This document shows, piece after piece, positions 19,901 through 29,182 of a stretch of DNA of 64,000 nucleotides (position 1 is its first letter; each line of letters opens with the position of its first letter). The notes beneath the pieces are model-generated. The model was not told where the DNA came from and did not search any database. It saw nothing but the letters and a program-made list of their open reading frames with translations. Source of the DNA: Clostridia bacterium. Its GTDB lineage: Bacteria > Bacillota > Clostridia > Christensenellales > UBA1242. The stretch lies in the NCBI GenBank assembly GCA_900767835.1, contig CAAGAO010000016.1, positions 7,339-71,338 on the forward strand. The letters run 5' to 3'. The translations under genes were made by a program, and so were the position numbers.

Positions 19901-20594
19901 TGCAGTAGCAATGCCGGAAATTTATAGAATCAAAAAAGAAATTCAAAAATTAGGTGCAGTTAATATCAATGCTATTGATGATGTTAAGGTGCTACTTGAA
20001 AGATACGAAGAAAAATCAGCTCAAGTTGCCGACCTTAGCAAGGCAGAAAGCGAACTAACCGAAATTATAAAAGATTTAAGCACAGAAATGACAACTCGTT
20101 TTGATACAGCCTTCCAAAAAGTAAGCGAAAACTTTAAAGTTACCTTTAAAGAATTATTTGGCGGTGGTAACGCAAAACTAGAACTAATTGAGTCCGAAAG
20201 TGGAGATCCACTAGAAGCAGGTGTGGATATTGTTGCAGAGCCACCGGGCAAAAAATTGCAAAACATAACCTTGCTTTCAGGTGGTGAAAAAGCACTCACA
20301 GCCATAGCAATCTTATTTAGTATACTAAAACTAAGACCAATGCCTTTCTGTTTACTAGATGAAATTGAAGCCGCCCTAGATGATTCTAACGTTGAACGTT
20401 TTGCGCAATATTTAAAACGCTTCTCAAAAGTAACACAATTTATTGTTATAACACATAGAAAGCCAACAATGGAACTAGCAGATAGCCTATATGGTGTTAC
20501 TATGGAAGAAAAAGGTGTATCAAGAACTGTAAGTGTTAAACTTGCAGATGCAATTAAAAATTTAGAACAGGAGAATAAAAATGGGGCTGTTTAA
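16980..20594 (+). CDS. smc: Chromosome segregation protein SMC
   Basis: GPNGCGKSN Walker A, long coiled coils, hinge, C-terminal LSGGEKALTAIA and LDEIEAALD. Confidence 0.97.
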   Translation: MNFKKIELAGFKSFADKIEIKFDSGVTAIVGPNGCGKSNVADAIRWVLGEQSSKNLRGTSMQDVIFNGTEKRKSLSYCEVTLTFDNTDRYFNYDYDEVAITRKLYRSGESAYLINRQDCRLKDIINLLYDSGIGKDGYSIIGQGKVEQIISSKPEDRRSIFEDAAGISKFKSRKVEAERRLERTRDNIARVNDIVSEIERQMGPMKKQAENAKAYLAFKDQLKDLEINAYVFQYENAKNVKDQINLKIKAILEELNLETARLEETNANYAQSMERLNVIDKEIENIHSEVLRLTVEIEQQSGEIKVIRERINNLNLQKDKLNLDVLNANNALVKDNAELEFKKQKQQDLEQKVGQLHLSYDEMSKEYLSLVDELTSKEEEASNTQQQMIDAMDKLSDIKVNFSKYQAEKLMLEENLKEANARVDEAKKSLNAKQEEYDNLAENCKKLFQTKNETAKKYADCKFRQDSLYAQMRDIENERHTINTRLQVYDNKKRMLEDMQNAFDGYQIAVKKLLLDAKRNENIKNKMMGALATLITVPQKYETAIEVALGNAVQNIVTFNEQGAKDLINYLKTNQYGRATFLPISTIKSKDLYHADKKVLTKSGVFGVASELISYSSDIDNIVSNLLGTTIIVDNLDTAIDVSHSTELSYKIVTLDGDVINPAGSMTGGSRKQEAANLISREREIQTLGVEIQKLKAMQLQKNASYDEMQKELEYLKNNINTFLDEKNNAEIDFVKENEKYQQAKVALEDLKDEIDNLGASNASIKGRIEVITEELSGIDQLEENAVNSKAQTTKFMNEKQALFNELRQKREKLNEQMTLVKIDIASNEAESSAIREDLIRINQDIDKQNEVLTNLNREIANLEETIAEGEKMISVQFEKAENTEKKKKLDSIKQKQTELDADKQQTQNKIKELDARKQELNDSIAKINDKKYAEDMHLSKVDTELENMQEKIYEDYSLVYETCLEYKRPDFDIAVAMPEIYRIKKEIQKLGAVNINAIDDVKVLLERYEEKSAQVADLSKAESELTEIIKDLSTEMTTRFDTAFQKVSENFKVTFKELFGGGNAKLELIESESGDPLEAGVDIVAEPPGKKLQNITLLSGGEKALTAIAILFSILKLRPMPFCLLDEIEAALDDSNVERFAQYLKRFSKVTQFIVITHRKPTMELADSLYGVTMEEKGVSRTVSVKLADAIKNLEQENKNGAV

Positions 20595-21477
20595 AAAAAT
20601 AGGTGAGGCTTTAAGAAAAACAAGAGAAGCTTGGGCTAGAAAATTTGATGCGATTTTTAGTAAAGGCGAACTAAATGATGACTTTTACGAAGAATTGACC
20701 GACATTCTTGTGTCAAGCGATGTTGGTTTTGAAGCAAGCGAAGAAATTGTTGACGAACTTCGCATATATGCAAGAAAAAACAAATTAAGAAAAGCGGAAG
20801 ATGTCAAACAAGCCTTGCGTGATATTATTGCTGATATGCTAACAAACTTAGAGCGAAAACCTTTTGAGTATCCAGCAGTTATAACAATTATAGGTGTAAA
20901 TGGAGTTGGCAAAACAACCAGTATAGGTAAAATTACAAAATACTTTAAAAACAATAAAAAAGATGTTATTTTGGTTGCTGGTGACACATTTAGAGCGGCA
21001 GCAAGCGACCAATTAACCGAATGGGCAAACCGCAACAAAGCAAAAATTGTTAAACATAGTGAAGGTGCAGATGCTGGAGCAGTTGTATTTGATGGTATAT
21101 CTTCTGCTAAAGCAAAAAAAGCGGACGTACTATTGATTGATACGGCGGGTAGACTACACACTAAAGTTAATTTAATGGAAGAACTTAAAAAAATTGACAA
21201 AATTATATCAAGAGAATATCCCGAAGCACACCGTTACAATTTAATAGTATTAGATGCAACAACTGGTCAAAATGCACTTTCTCAAATAGAGCATTTTAAC
21301 GAATATATGCACATAGACGGCATCGTATTAACAAAATTAGATGGCACTGCTAAAGGTGGTGTGGTAATAACCATTGCAAACACATTAAAACTTCCAGTAG
21401 TTTTTGTTGGTACAGGCGAAACAATAGACGATTTAGAAGAATTTAATGCAAAAGATTTTGTAGAAAATTTATTTTAG
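20581..21477 (+). CDS. ftsY: Signal recognition particle receptor FtsY
   Basis: GVNGVGKTT, DTAGR, TKLDGTAKGG SRP-GTPase motifs. Overlaps the smc stop by 14 nt. Confidence 0.95.
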   Translation: MGLFKKIGEALRKTREAWARKFDAIFSKGELNDDFYEELTDILVSSDVGFEASEEIVDELRIYARKNKLRKAEDVKQALRDIIADMLTNLERKPFEYPAVITIIGVNGVGKTTSIGKITKYFKNNKKDVILVAGDTFRAAASDQLTEWANRNKAKIVKHSEGADAGAVVFDGISSAKAKKADVLLIDTAGRLHTKVNLMEELKKIDKIISREYPEAHRYNLIVLDATTGQNALSQIEHFNEYMHIDGIVLTKLDGTAKGGVVITIANTLKLPVVFVGTGETIDDLEEFNAKDFVENLF

Positions 21478-21513
21478 ATTAATTTTTTATAACAATTAAT
21501 AACCTAGAACACA

Positions 21514-21551
21514 AATCACTAAGCAAAAGAAATAAGGCTTAGTGATTTTTT
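21514..21551 (+). terminator. Rho-independent terminator
   Basis: aatcactaagc / gcttagtgatt, perfect 11-bp stem, T run. Confidence 0.8.
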
Positions 21552-21651
21552 ATGTATAAAATCGGCAAAATTACAAATAATATTCTTGAATTAGCATAGA
21601 TATATATTTGCTTTTTGTGTAAAAATATCTTTGCAATAAAAAGGAGAGAAT

Positions 21652-22386
21652 ATGAAAAAATTTATTAAAACGGCTTGCGTGATGCTTTTGGTTACATTAA
21701 GTGTGGCGTTTGTCGCTTGCAATGGTCCAATGACGCTTTGGCAAGCAGATTTTACAAAAGGTAATCAAAATGTGTTTGGAGTATATGGAACACCAGTAGA
21801 AAATAAAGAAAAAGGCTTTATAACACTAAGCCCAGTAGAAGATGAAAATTATTCTTCAAGCACATATTTTGGAAAAAATGAAACTAAAAATTTTCCTTGG
21901 GAAAATGGCGGATTAACTGTGTCATTAACAGTTGATGTAAAAAAAGAAAATCTAACCGATGGTAAATATGCTGTATGGTCACTTTCTTTAAATGAAACTG
22001 ATGGCAAATACATTACCGAAGAACCGGTATTCTTTATCGGTGATAACGATGGCGTATACTTTTTATACAAATTCACAGGTGTGGATACTGATTATTCAGC
22101 ACTAAAAAAAGATAATACCGCCATTCAAATTGCTGACGGAAAATATACAGTTAATTACATTTTTACAGTTGACTCTAATGATGAGTTAAAACTTAAAGTT
22201 ACATTAACAAACGAAACAAATATGGAACTATTTAAATCTGAGAATAACCAAGTAACAGCCATTGACCATACCGGTTATACAAATGGTACGCCACTCAAAC
22301 AATCTAATATTGCTGGTTTAAGATATCTATGGTTAGCCCGCGCCAACACTCCCGTTGATGTATACGGCTTAAAGGTTAGTAGATAG
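21652..22386 (+). CDS. Hypothetical lipoprotein (beta-rich)
   Basis: Signal peptide MKKFIKTACVMLLVTLSVAFVAC with a lipobox Cys. SD aaaggagag. Has its own terminator. Confidence 0.7.
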   Translation: MKKFIKTACVMLLVTLSVAFVACNGPMTLWQADFTKGNQNVFGVYGTPVENKEKGFITLSPVEDENYSSSTYFGKNETKNFPWENGGLTVSLTVDVKKENLTDGKYAVWSLSLNETDGKYITEEPVFFIGDNDGVYFLYKFTGVDTDYSALKKDNTAIQIADGKYTVNYIFTVDSNDELKLKVTLTNETNMELFKSENNQVTAIDHTGYTNGTPLKQSNIAGLRYLWLARANTPVDVYGLKVSR

Positions 22387-22471
22387 TTGATAGTTAATGA
22401 ATACTGAAAACTGAAACTTGTGAATTATTGTTAATTAATAACTAATACTTTATTTATCTTTATATAAATTC

Positions 22472-22505
22472 AAAAAATTCGCTTAAAATAAAAGGCGAAT
22501 TTTTT
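22472..22505 (+). terminator. Rho-independent terminator
   Basis: aaaaattcgc / gcgaattttt stem. Confidence 0.75.
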
Positions 22506-22516
22506 AGTTAATATAC

Positions 22517-22545
22517 TAGACAAATTCTGTTATATGTGATATATT
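22517..22545 (+). promoter_or_regulatory. Sigma-A promoter for rpsO
   Basis: TAGACA, 17 nt, TGaTATATT (extended -10). Confidence 0.5.
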
Positions 22546-22628
22546 TATAAAGTCTTTAAGCAAAGTTTTACGAATCCTCAACGTTTTGCTTTGTTTTTAG
22601 CGTAAAATTCCATAGGAGGTAAAATTAA

Positions 22629-22889
22629 ATGGATAAAGTTAGAAAGCAAGAAATCATTAATCAATTTAAACAATCTGAAAATGATACTGGTTCTGCACAA
22701 GTTCAAGTAGCTCTTTTAACCGAAAGAATTAAAGAATTAACTGAACACTTGAAGAAAAATCACAATGATAACCATTCAAGACGCGGACTTTCAATGCTTA
22801 TAGGTCAACGTAAATCTTTCTTAAAATATATTGAAGAAAGAGATATTGAGGCTTATCGTCAACTTAAAAAAGATTTACAAATAAGATAA
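22629..22889 (+). CDS. rpsO: 30S ribosomal protein S15
   Basis: NDTGSAQVQVALLTERIKELTEHLKKNHNDNHSRRGL is classic S15. Confidence 0.95.
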   Translation: MDKVRKQEIINQFKQSENDTGSAQVQVALLTERIKELTEHLKKNHNDNHSRRGLSMLIGQRKSFLKYIEERDIEAYRQLKKDLQIR

Positions 22890-22897
22890 TCTTTTTA

Positions 22898-22938
22898 CGG
22901 GGAAATGCGGGCGAATAAACCCATTTCTCCGTTTTTTT
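22898..22938 (+). terminator. Rho-independent terminator after rpsO
   Basis: cggggaaatg / catttctccg stem followed by TTTTTTT. Confidence 0.8.
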
Positions 22939-23041
22939 GTAATTAAAACAATATAATTTTTAATAAATTTATTCAATTTATGTGCATTAACATTATATTG
23001 TTTTACAATGTTTGCTTTAGTTCTAAAAATTAAGGAGAATT

Positions 23042-25132
23042 ATGGAAAATTTAGGAAGAATTTTTAAAACAGAAATTGGTGGTAAAGAAGTCACTGTTGA
23101 AACTGGTAAATACTGCGAACAAGCCAACGGCTCTTGCATTGTAAGATGTGGCGAAACAGCAGTTATGGTAAATGTTTGTATGTCAAAAACCCCACGTGAT
23201 GGCATAGACTTTTTCCCACTTAGCGTAGATTTTGAAGAAAAAATGTATTCAGTAGGTAAAATTCCTGGCGGATATAAAAGAAGAGAAGGCAGAGCAAGTG
23301 ATAAAGCAATTTTAACATCAAGATTAATTGACCGTCCACTTCGCCCACTTTTCCCAAAAGGATTTTTCAATGATGTTACAGTTATTGCAACTGCTCTTTC
23401 AGTTGAACCAGATGTAGCAATAGAACCATTAGCAATGCTTGGTTCGTCTATTGCATTGTCAATTTCAGATATTCCTTTCCAAGGACCAACAGGTTCTGTT
23501 CAAGTTGCCTATGTTGATGGAAAATATATTTGCAACCCAAATGAAGAAGAACGCGAAAAAAGTTTAATGCACTTAACTGTAAGTGGTACTAGTGAGGCAA
23601 TTTTAATGGTTGAAGCTGGTGCAAATGAAGTGTCTGAAGCAGAAATGTTAGATGCAATTATGTTTGCTCACGAAGAAATCAAAAAACAAGTTGCATTCAT
23701 TCTTGAAATGAAAAAAGAAATCGGCAAACCTTTAGCTGAAGTTGAAGTATATCATGTAGCGGACGAAATTGATAAAGCAGTTAGAGAGTATGCAACCGAT
23801 ATGTTAAGAGATGCGCTTTCTCATTTTGATAGACAAGAACGTAGCGAAGCACAAGATAGAGTAGATGCTGATGTAAAAGCACACTTTGCTGAAACTTTCC
23901 CAGATTGCGAAAGACAAATTGGTGATGTTTTATACAAAATGACAAAGGAAATTGTAAGAGAAAGAATAATCAACGATGGTGTTCGTCCAGATGGAAGAAA
24001 ATTAACAGAAATTCGTCCTATTTGGTGTGAACATGGCATTTTACCAAGAGTTCATGGTACAGGTGTATTTACTCGTGGTCAAACACAAGTTTTAACCACT
24101 TGTACATTAGGAACAATAGGTGATGCTCAAAGTATTGAAGTTTTAGATGAAGATGAAGAACAAAAACGTTATATCCATCATTACAATATGCCAGGATATG
24201 CAACAGGCGAAGCAAAACCTTTAAAATCACCAGGTAGACGTGAAATTGGACATGGTGCATTAGCAGAACGTGCTTTAGTTCCAGTAATTCCAAGCGAAGA
24301 AGAATTCCCATATGTTATCCGTTTGGTTAGTGAAGTTATTTCATCAAACGGTTCATCTTCTATGGCATCAACTTGTGGCTCGACTCTTGCATTAATGGAT
24401 GCTGGTGTACCTATCAAAGCCCCAGTCGCTGGTATTGCAATGGGTTTAATTAAAGATGAAGCATCTGGCAAAGTTGCTGTTATGAGCGATATTCAAGGTC
24501 TAGAAGATTTCTTAGGAGATATGGACTTTAAAGTTACTGGTACAGCAAAAGGCATCACTGCAATTCAAATGGATATAAAAATTAAAGGTATTGATAAAGC
24601 AATTCTAACAACTGCTTTAAATCAAGCAAGAGAAGGTAGAATGTTTATTATGGATAAAATGCTTGCTTGCATTCCAGAACCTAATAAAGAATTATCAAAA
24701 TATGCTCCAAAAATTATCACTTTCAATATTGACCCAGAAAAAATTGGTGATGTTGTTGGTAAGAGCGGTAAAACAATCAATAAAATCATTGAAGAAACTG
24801 GCGTTAAAATTGATATTGAAGATGATGGTAGAGTATTTATTGCAACTCAAGATAGTGCAATGGCACAAAAAGCAAAAGAAATTATCTTAAATATTGTAAC
24901 CGATATTGAAGTAGGCAAACAATATAAAGGTAAAGTTGTTAGAATTATGTCTTTTGGTGCATTTGTTGACCTTGGTGGTGGTAAAGAAGGAATGATTCAC
25001 ATTTCAAAATTAAGTGATAGACGTGTAGAAAAAGTTGAAGATGTTTTAAATCTTGGCGATGATGTATTAGTTGAATGCATCAAAGTTGATGATAAAAACA
25101 GAGTTGATTTTAAACTAGTTTCCAAATGCTAA
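23042..25132 (+). CDS. pnp: Polynucleotide phosphorylase
   Basis: Two RNase PH domains, then KH (GKSGKTINKI) and S1 (GKVVRIMSFGAFVDL) domains. 696 aa. Confidence 0.97.
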   Translation: MENLGRIFKTEIGGKEVTVETGKYCEQANGSCIVRCGETAVMVNVCMSKTPRDGIDFFPLSVDFEEKMYSVGKIPGGYKRREGRASDKAILTSRLIDRPLRPLFPKGFFNDVTVIATALSVEPDVAIEPLAMLGSSIALSISDIPFQGPTGSVQVAYVDGKYICNPNEEEREKSLMHLTVSGTSEAILMVEAGANEVSEAEMLDAIMFAHEEIKKQVAFILEMKKEIGKPLAEVEVYHVADEIDKAVREYATDMLRDALSHFDRQERSEAQDRVDADVKAHFAETFPDCERQIGDVLYKMTKEIVRERIINDGVRPDGRKLTEIRPIWCEHGILPRVHGTGVFTRGQTQVLTTCTLGTIGDAQSIEVLDEDEEQKRYIHHYNMPGYATGEAKPLKSPGRREIGHGALAERALVPVIPSEEEFPYVIRLVSEVISSNGSSSMASTCGSTLALMDAGVPIKAPVAGIAMGLIKDEASGKVAVMSDIQGLEDFLGDMDFKVTGTAKGITAIQMDIKIKGIDKAILTTALNQAREGRMFIMDKMLACIPEPNKELSKYAPKIITFNIDPEKIGDVVGKSGKTINKIIEETGVKIDIEDDGRVFIATQDSAMAQKAKEIILNIVTDIEVGKQYKGKVVRIMSFGAFVDLGGGKEGMIHISKLSDRRVEKVEDVLNLGDDVLVECIKVDDKNRVDFKLVSKC

Positions 25133-25174
25133 TTTTTATAAAAACTCTTTATATTGATTAAAATATTAAAAAAA

Positions 25175-25217
25175 ATAGGATAATAAAGTGTGACATACAC
25201 AAATTATTCTATTTTTT
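25175..25217 (+). terminator. Probable terminator after pnp
   Basis: ataggataat / attattctat (one G-U), T run. Confidence 0.45.
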
Positions 25218-25313
25218 ATTTAAAATATATGTATTTTTTATATATTGTTTTCATAAATTATTGTTTAAGTTCAATAATTATAATGTCGTTTTCTATATTT
25301 ATTTGAATAAATT

Positions 25314-26063
25314 ATGTATATTATTTTTTTAAAAATCATATTTTATTTTATGAGAAAAATATCTTATAATTTTTTTAGAAAATATATTGCAAATATTATA
25401 ATTGTTCTAGCAATATTTTGTGTAGGATTATTAACATATCAAGGCGGAGTTATTGGTGCTTTTAGTAGCAACAACTCACAAATTATATATTCTGGAAATC
25501 CTAAAAATAATACAATTTCAATTATGATAAATGTATATATGGGTAATGAATATGTAGAGCAAATTTTGGATACTTTGAAAGAAAATAATGTAAAAGCAAC
25601 ATTTTTTGTCGGTGGTATTTGGATAGAAAAAAATCAAGAATGTTTTATAAAAATTTATAACAGCGGTAACGAAATTGCATCTCATGGTTATTGGCATAAA
25701 GACCATAGTAAACTAAGTGATGAAGACCAAATTAATGAAATTCTTTTAACAGATAAACTAGTTACAAGCATAACAGGTTTAAAAATGTCACTTTTTGCAC
25801 CACCTAGTGGTGCGTTTAACAAACATACAGCATATATTGCCGAAAACTTAGGTTACAAAACAATTATGTGGAGCAAAGACACAATAGACTGGCGTGACCA
25901 AGATGAAAATTTAATATTCAATAGAGCAACCAAAAATTGTAGTGCCGGCGATTTAGTATTAATGCATCCAACAAAGGCCACATCATCTTGTTTAGATAAA
26001 ATAATAAAGTTTTATAAAAAACAAGGTTTAAATGTGGATACAGTTACCAAAAATATATCGTAG
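25314..26063 (+). CDS. ylxY: Polysaccharide deacetylase, sporulation YlxY/PdaB-like
   Basis: NodB-type motifs KATFFVGG and ASHGYWHKDH. Same position after pnp as B. subtilis ylxY. ATG 25350 is an alternative start. Confidence 0.8.
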   Translation: MYIIFLKIIFYFMRKISYNFFRKYIANIIIVLAIFCVGLLTYQGGVIGAFSSNNSQIIYSGNPKNNTISIMINVYMGNEYVEQILDTLKENNVKATFFVGGIWIEKNQECFIKIYNSGNEIASHGYWHKDHSKLSDEDQINEILLTDKLVTSITGLKMSLFAPPSGAFNKHTAYIAENLGYKTIMWSKDTIDWRDQDENLIFNRATKNCSAGDLVLMHPTKATSSCLDKIIKFYKKQGLNVDTVTKNIS

Positions 26064-26171
26064 TAGTTTTTATTTGTAATTCCGTCATTATTTTTAAACT
26101 AATTTTTTAATTATATGTTGCAGTGAGTAAAAAATAATGATATACTTAAAAAGTAAAATAAGGGTTAAATA

Positions 26172-29141
26172 ATGGCGATATATAATTTTGAAGAACAAAA
26201 ACCAAAACAAAAAAAAGCCGATTATCAAAAGATTGTCGGCTGTATTTTAGTTGGTGTTTCTATTGTATGTTTATTTTGTTTAATAACACATTTAGTACCA
26301 TTTATGAAGAGTTTTTTACTTGGTGTGGCTGGACTATTCTGCTATCCATTTTTTATAACATTAATGGTAGTTGGTTTTGCTTTGTTAGGGCATAAAAAAT
26401 ATATTATGCCTAAAAAGTATGGCATCTATTTAGCATTGTCAATAGGATTTGTTCTCAGTATCTTTCAGTTAATCTTAGTTAAAAATGATGGGCTTAACTT
26501 TTGGCAGTATTTAGGCGTATGTTATACACAAAAAACAACCGCTGGAGGTATTCTTTTAGGTCTTGTAACCGCACCATTTTTATATGTTTTAAATAGAGTT
26601 GGGGCATATATCATTTTCACGGCATTAACATTAATATTCATTGCACTAACAATAGATTATGTTCATTATTTAAACAAAAATGAGAGTTTGAAAAAAGCTA
26701 TTCGCTTAACTACAGAAAAAGAAGAAGTTAAACCGGTTGCCAATAAAATAACTGTACGAGAATTAGAAAATAATCTAAAAAAATCAAAAGTTGTAGCCGA
26801 AATCAAAGAAGAACCAAAAGTTAAACAAGAAATAGAAAAAGTTAAATTAACTTTAGATGCAAAACAAGAAAACGAAACAAAAGAGGAGTCTGCTAAACGC
26901 AAACTAGGGCTTCTTGCATCATCTAAACAAGACCAAATAGATAATAGTCGATACTTTAACACAGAAATTGAACAAACCACAAAACCAAAAATTGAAAATA
27001 CTAGAGAATATATACTTTCTGGAAATAACAAAGTAGAACTTAGTGAATATAGCACAAGACAATTAGAAAAAATTCAATCTAACTTTTTAAATTTAAAAAA
27101 TAAAAATAATAATCAAGAAAATAATCAAACAATCAATGGGTTCGGCTATTCGAATAACCATAAAGATTATAGTTCATATGTTATGCCTAGCAAAGTAATA
27201 CATGAAGATGTGAATCCAGTTATTCCTTCAACAAATAATAGCACACTTAAAAGCACAATAGGGCTAAGTAGTCAATCCAATAATTATGTTAACGACACAT
27301 CTAAACAACAAATAATGCCAGAAATGAAGATAGTTGAAGATGATATACAACAAACGACTTTTTCATCGCCTAAACAAACAAGCATAATAGATGATAGCAA
27401 ACAAACCTTTAATGCAACCGTCCAAGACGAAGGTATTAACTTTACACCTATTATTGAAGAAGAAAAAGAATCAAGTGAACATATCAATACACTTGATGTG
27501 GAAGATTTTACCAACAATGTTTTAAAATCTTTAAACAAAGAAAACGAGGTATTGGATACTAAACCTAAATATGAACAACAAAATACAACAAAATATATTT
27601 CGCCTGAAAATATGTTCAAAGAAGAAGCAACACCTATTGAACCTGAGCCTATTATTCCTAAGGAACCAATTAATTATATAAAACCACCTATTGAACTATT
27701 AACTACTGAAAGTATGGATTTATCTTCTGTAAGTCAAGATGTAGTTAAAAAAAGAGAAGAACTTGAAATGGCTCTTGATACCTTTGGTATTCCAGCAAAA
27801 GTTATAGGTGTTGTAATTGGTCCAGCGGTAACAAGATATGAACTCGAAATGCCAGCAGGTGTAAGCATAAAAAGACTCCTATCTTTACAAGAAGATATAG
27901 CCTACACTCTATCGTCAAATGGTGCAATTAGAATTGAAGCACCAATTCCTGGTAGGCGTGCAGTTGGTATTGAAGTTCCAAATGATAAAATTGCAACTGT
28001 TGGTTTAAAAGACATAATTATGTCACCAGAATTTATGGTGTCTAAATCAAATCTATCCATTGCTCTTGGAAAAGATATATCAGGTTCGGTTAAAACATTC
28101 AGTTTAATTAAAATACCCCATCTTTTAATCGCTGGTACAACAGGCTCTGGTAAATCAGTTTGTATCAATGCAATAATTTTAAGTTTGATTTTTAGATATT
28201 CTCCAGATGAAGTAAAATTTATTTTAATTGACCCCAAACGTGTTGAATTCTCAATGTATAATAATTTACCACACCTTTTGACGCCAAATGTTATTACCGA
28301 CAGTGAAAAAGCACTAAATGCTCTCTCTTGGTGTGTAGATGAAATGGAAAGACGCTTTATAGTATTCGCTAATTCTCGTGTCAAAAATTTGGAAGAATAT
28401 AATAATAGTGAAGAAGTATTAGAGGGTAGAGCAGAAAAGTTGCCATATATAATATTTATTATAGATGAACTTGCAGACCTTTTAATGACATCTAAAAAAG
28501 AGGCAGAAGATTATATTTGTCGTATTTTACAAAAGGCAAGAGCGGCAGGTATCCATATGATACTTGCAACTCAAAGACCATCAGTAGATATTGTTACTGG
28601 TAAAATTAAAGCAAATTTAAGTGCTAGAATTTGTTTTGCTCTAATGACATCTGCCGACTCAAAAACGGTATTGGATCAGGGTGGTGCTGATATGTTACTA
28701 GGTAAAGGTGATATGCTGTTTTTATCTAGCGACACTGGTTCACCAAAACGTATTCAAGGTTGTTTTGTTACAACAAAAGAAATTGATGATGTTGTTACTT
28801 TTGTTAAAGAAAACAATGGCGATTATGAGTTTGATATGAAAACTGAACAAGCAATTCTAAATCCACCTAAAAATGATGTAGTGACTCAAATAGATGGCGA
28901 TAGAGCATCGAGTGATGGTTTTGATGCATTAATGCCACAAGTCTTAAAATCTGTTATAGAAAGTGGTCATGCATCAATTTCTATGATACAACGAAAATTT
29001 TTAGTTGGTTTCCCTAGAGCAGCAAGAATTATAGACCAAATGGAAGAAGCAGGTTATATATCTCCATCTGATGGTAGTAAATCAAGAAGTGTATATATGA
29101 CAATGGAAGAATATGATAAATTATATGGTGAAGGCGTTTAA
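26172..29141 (+). CDS. ftsK: DNA translocase FtsK/SpoIIIE
   Basis: N-terminal TM helices, long low-complexity linker, motor with GTTGSGKS and IIDELADL, gamma domain ISMIQRKFLVGFPRAARIIDQME. Confidence 0.95.
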   Translation: MAIYNFEEQKPKQKKADYQKIVGCILVGVSIVCLFCLITHLVPFMKSFLLGVAGLFCYPFFITLMVVGFALLGHKKYIMPKKYGIYLALSIGFVLSIFQLILVKNDGLNFWQYLGVCYTQKTTAGGILLGLVTAPFLYVLNRVGAYIIFTALTLIFIALTIDYVHYLNKNESLKKAIRLTTEKEEVKPVANKITVRELENNLKKSKVVAEIKEEPKVKQEIEKVKLTLDAKQENETKEESAKRKLGLLASSKQDQIDNSRYFNTEIEQTTKPKIENTREYILSGNNKVELSEYSTRQLEKIQSNFLNLKNKNNNQENNQTINGFGYSNNHKDYSSYVMPSKVIHEDVNPVIPSTNNSTLKSTIGLSSQSNNYVNDTSKQQIMPEMKIVEDDIQQTTFSSPKQTSIIDDSKQTFNATVQDEGINFTPIIEEEKESSEHINTLDVEDFTNNVLKSLNKENEVLDTKPKYEQQNTTKYISPENMFKEEATPIEPEPIIPKEPINYIKPPIELLTTESMDLSSVSQDVVKKREELEMALDTFGIPAKVIGVVIGPAVTRYELEMPAGVSIKRLLSLQEDIAYTLSSNGAIRIEAPIPGRRAVGIEVPNDKIATVGLKDIIMSPEFMVSKSNLSIALGKDISGSVKTFSLIKIPHLLIAGTTGSGKSVCINAIILSLIFRYSPDEVKFILIDPKRVEFSMYNNLPHLLTPNVITDSEKALNALSWCVDEMERRFIVFANSRVKNLEEYNNSEEVLEGRAEKLPYIIFIIDELADLLMTSKKEAEDYICRILQKARAAGIHMILATQRPSVDIVTGKIKANLSARICFALMTSADSKTVLDQGGADMLLGKGDMLFLSSDTGSPKRIQGCFVTTKEIDDVVTFVKENNGDYEFDMKTEQAILNPPKNDVVTQIDGDRASSDGFDALMPQVLKSVIESGHASISMIQRKFLVGFPRAARIIDQMEEAGYISPSDGSKSRSVYMTMEEYDKLYGEGV

Positions 29142-29182
29142 TATTCATATCAAACATTTATTAAATAACAAATGAGGAAAAA

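Noticed and set aside
20685-21200. 171-aa ORF antisense to ftsY. Similar antisense ORFs occur at 26666-27055, 27902-28384, 36998-37486, 51410-51886 and 54935-55510.
   Set aside because: All are embedded in strongly supported genes on the other strand. They are Ser/Leu/Phe-rich mirror-frame products with no start context.
22552-22628. rpsO 5' leader hairpin (aagcaaa...tttgctt) as an S15 autoregulatory element
   Set aside because: This is plausible from known S15 autoregulation, but the structure is a simple 7-9 bp stem. I cannot verify the three-way junction or pseudoknot by eye.
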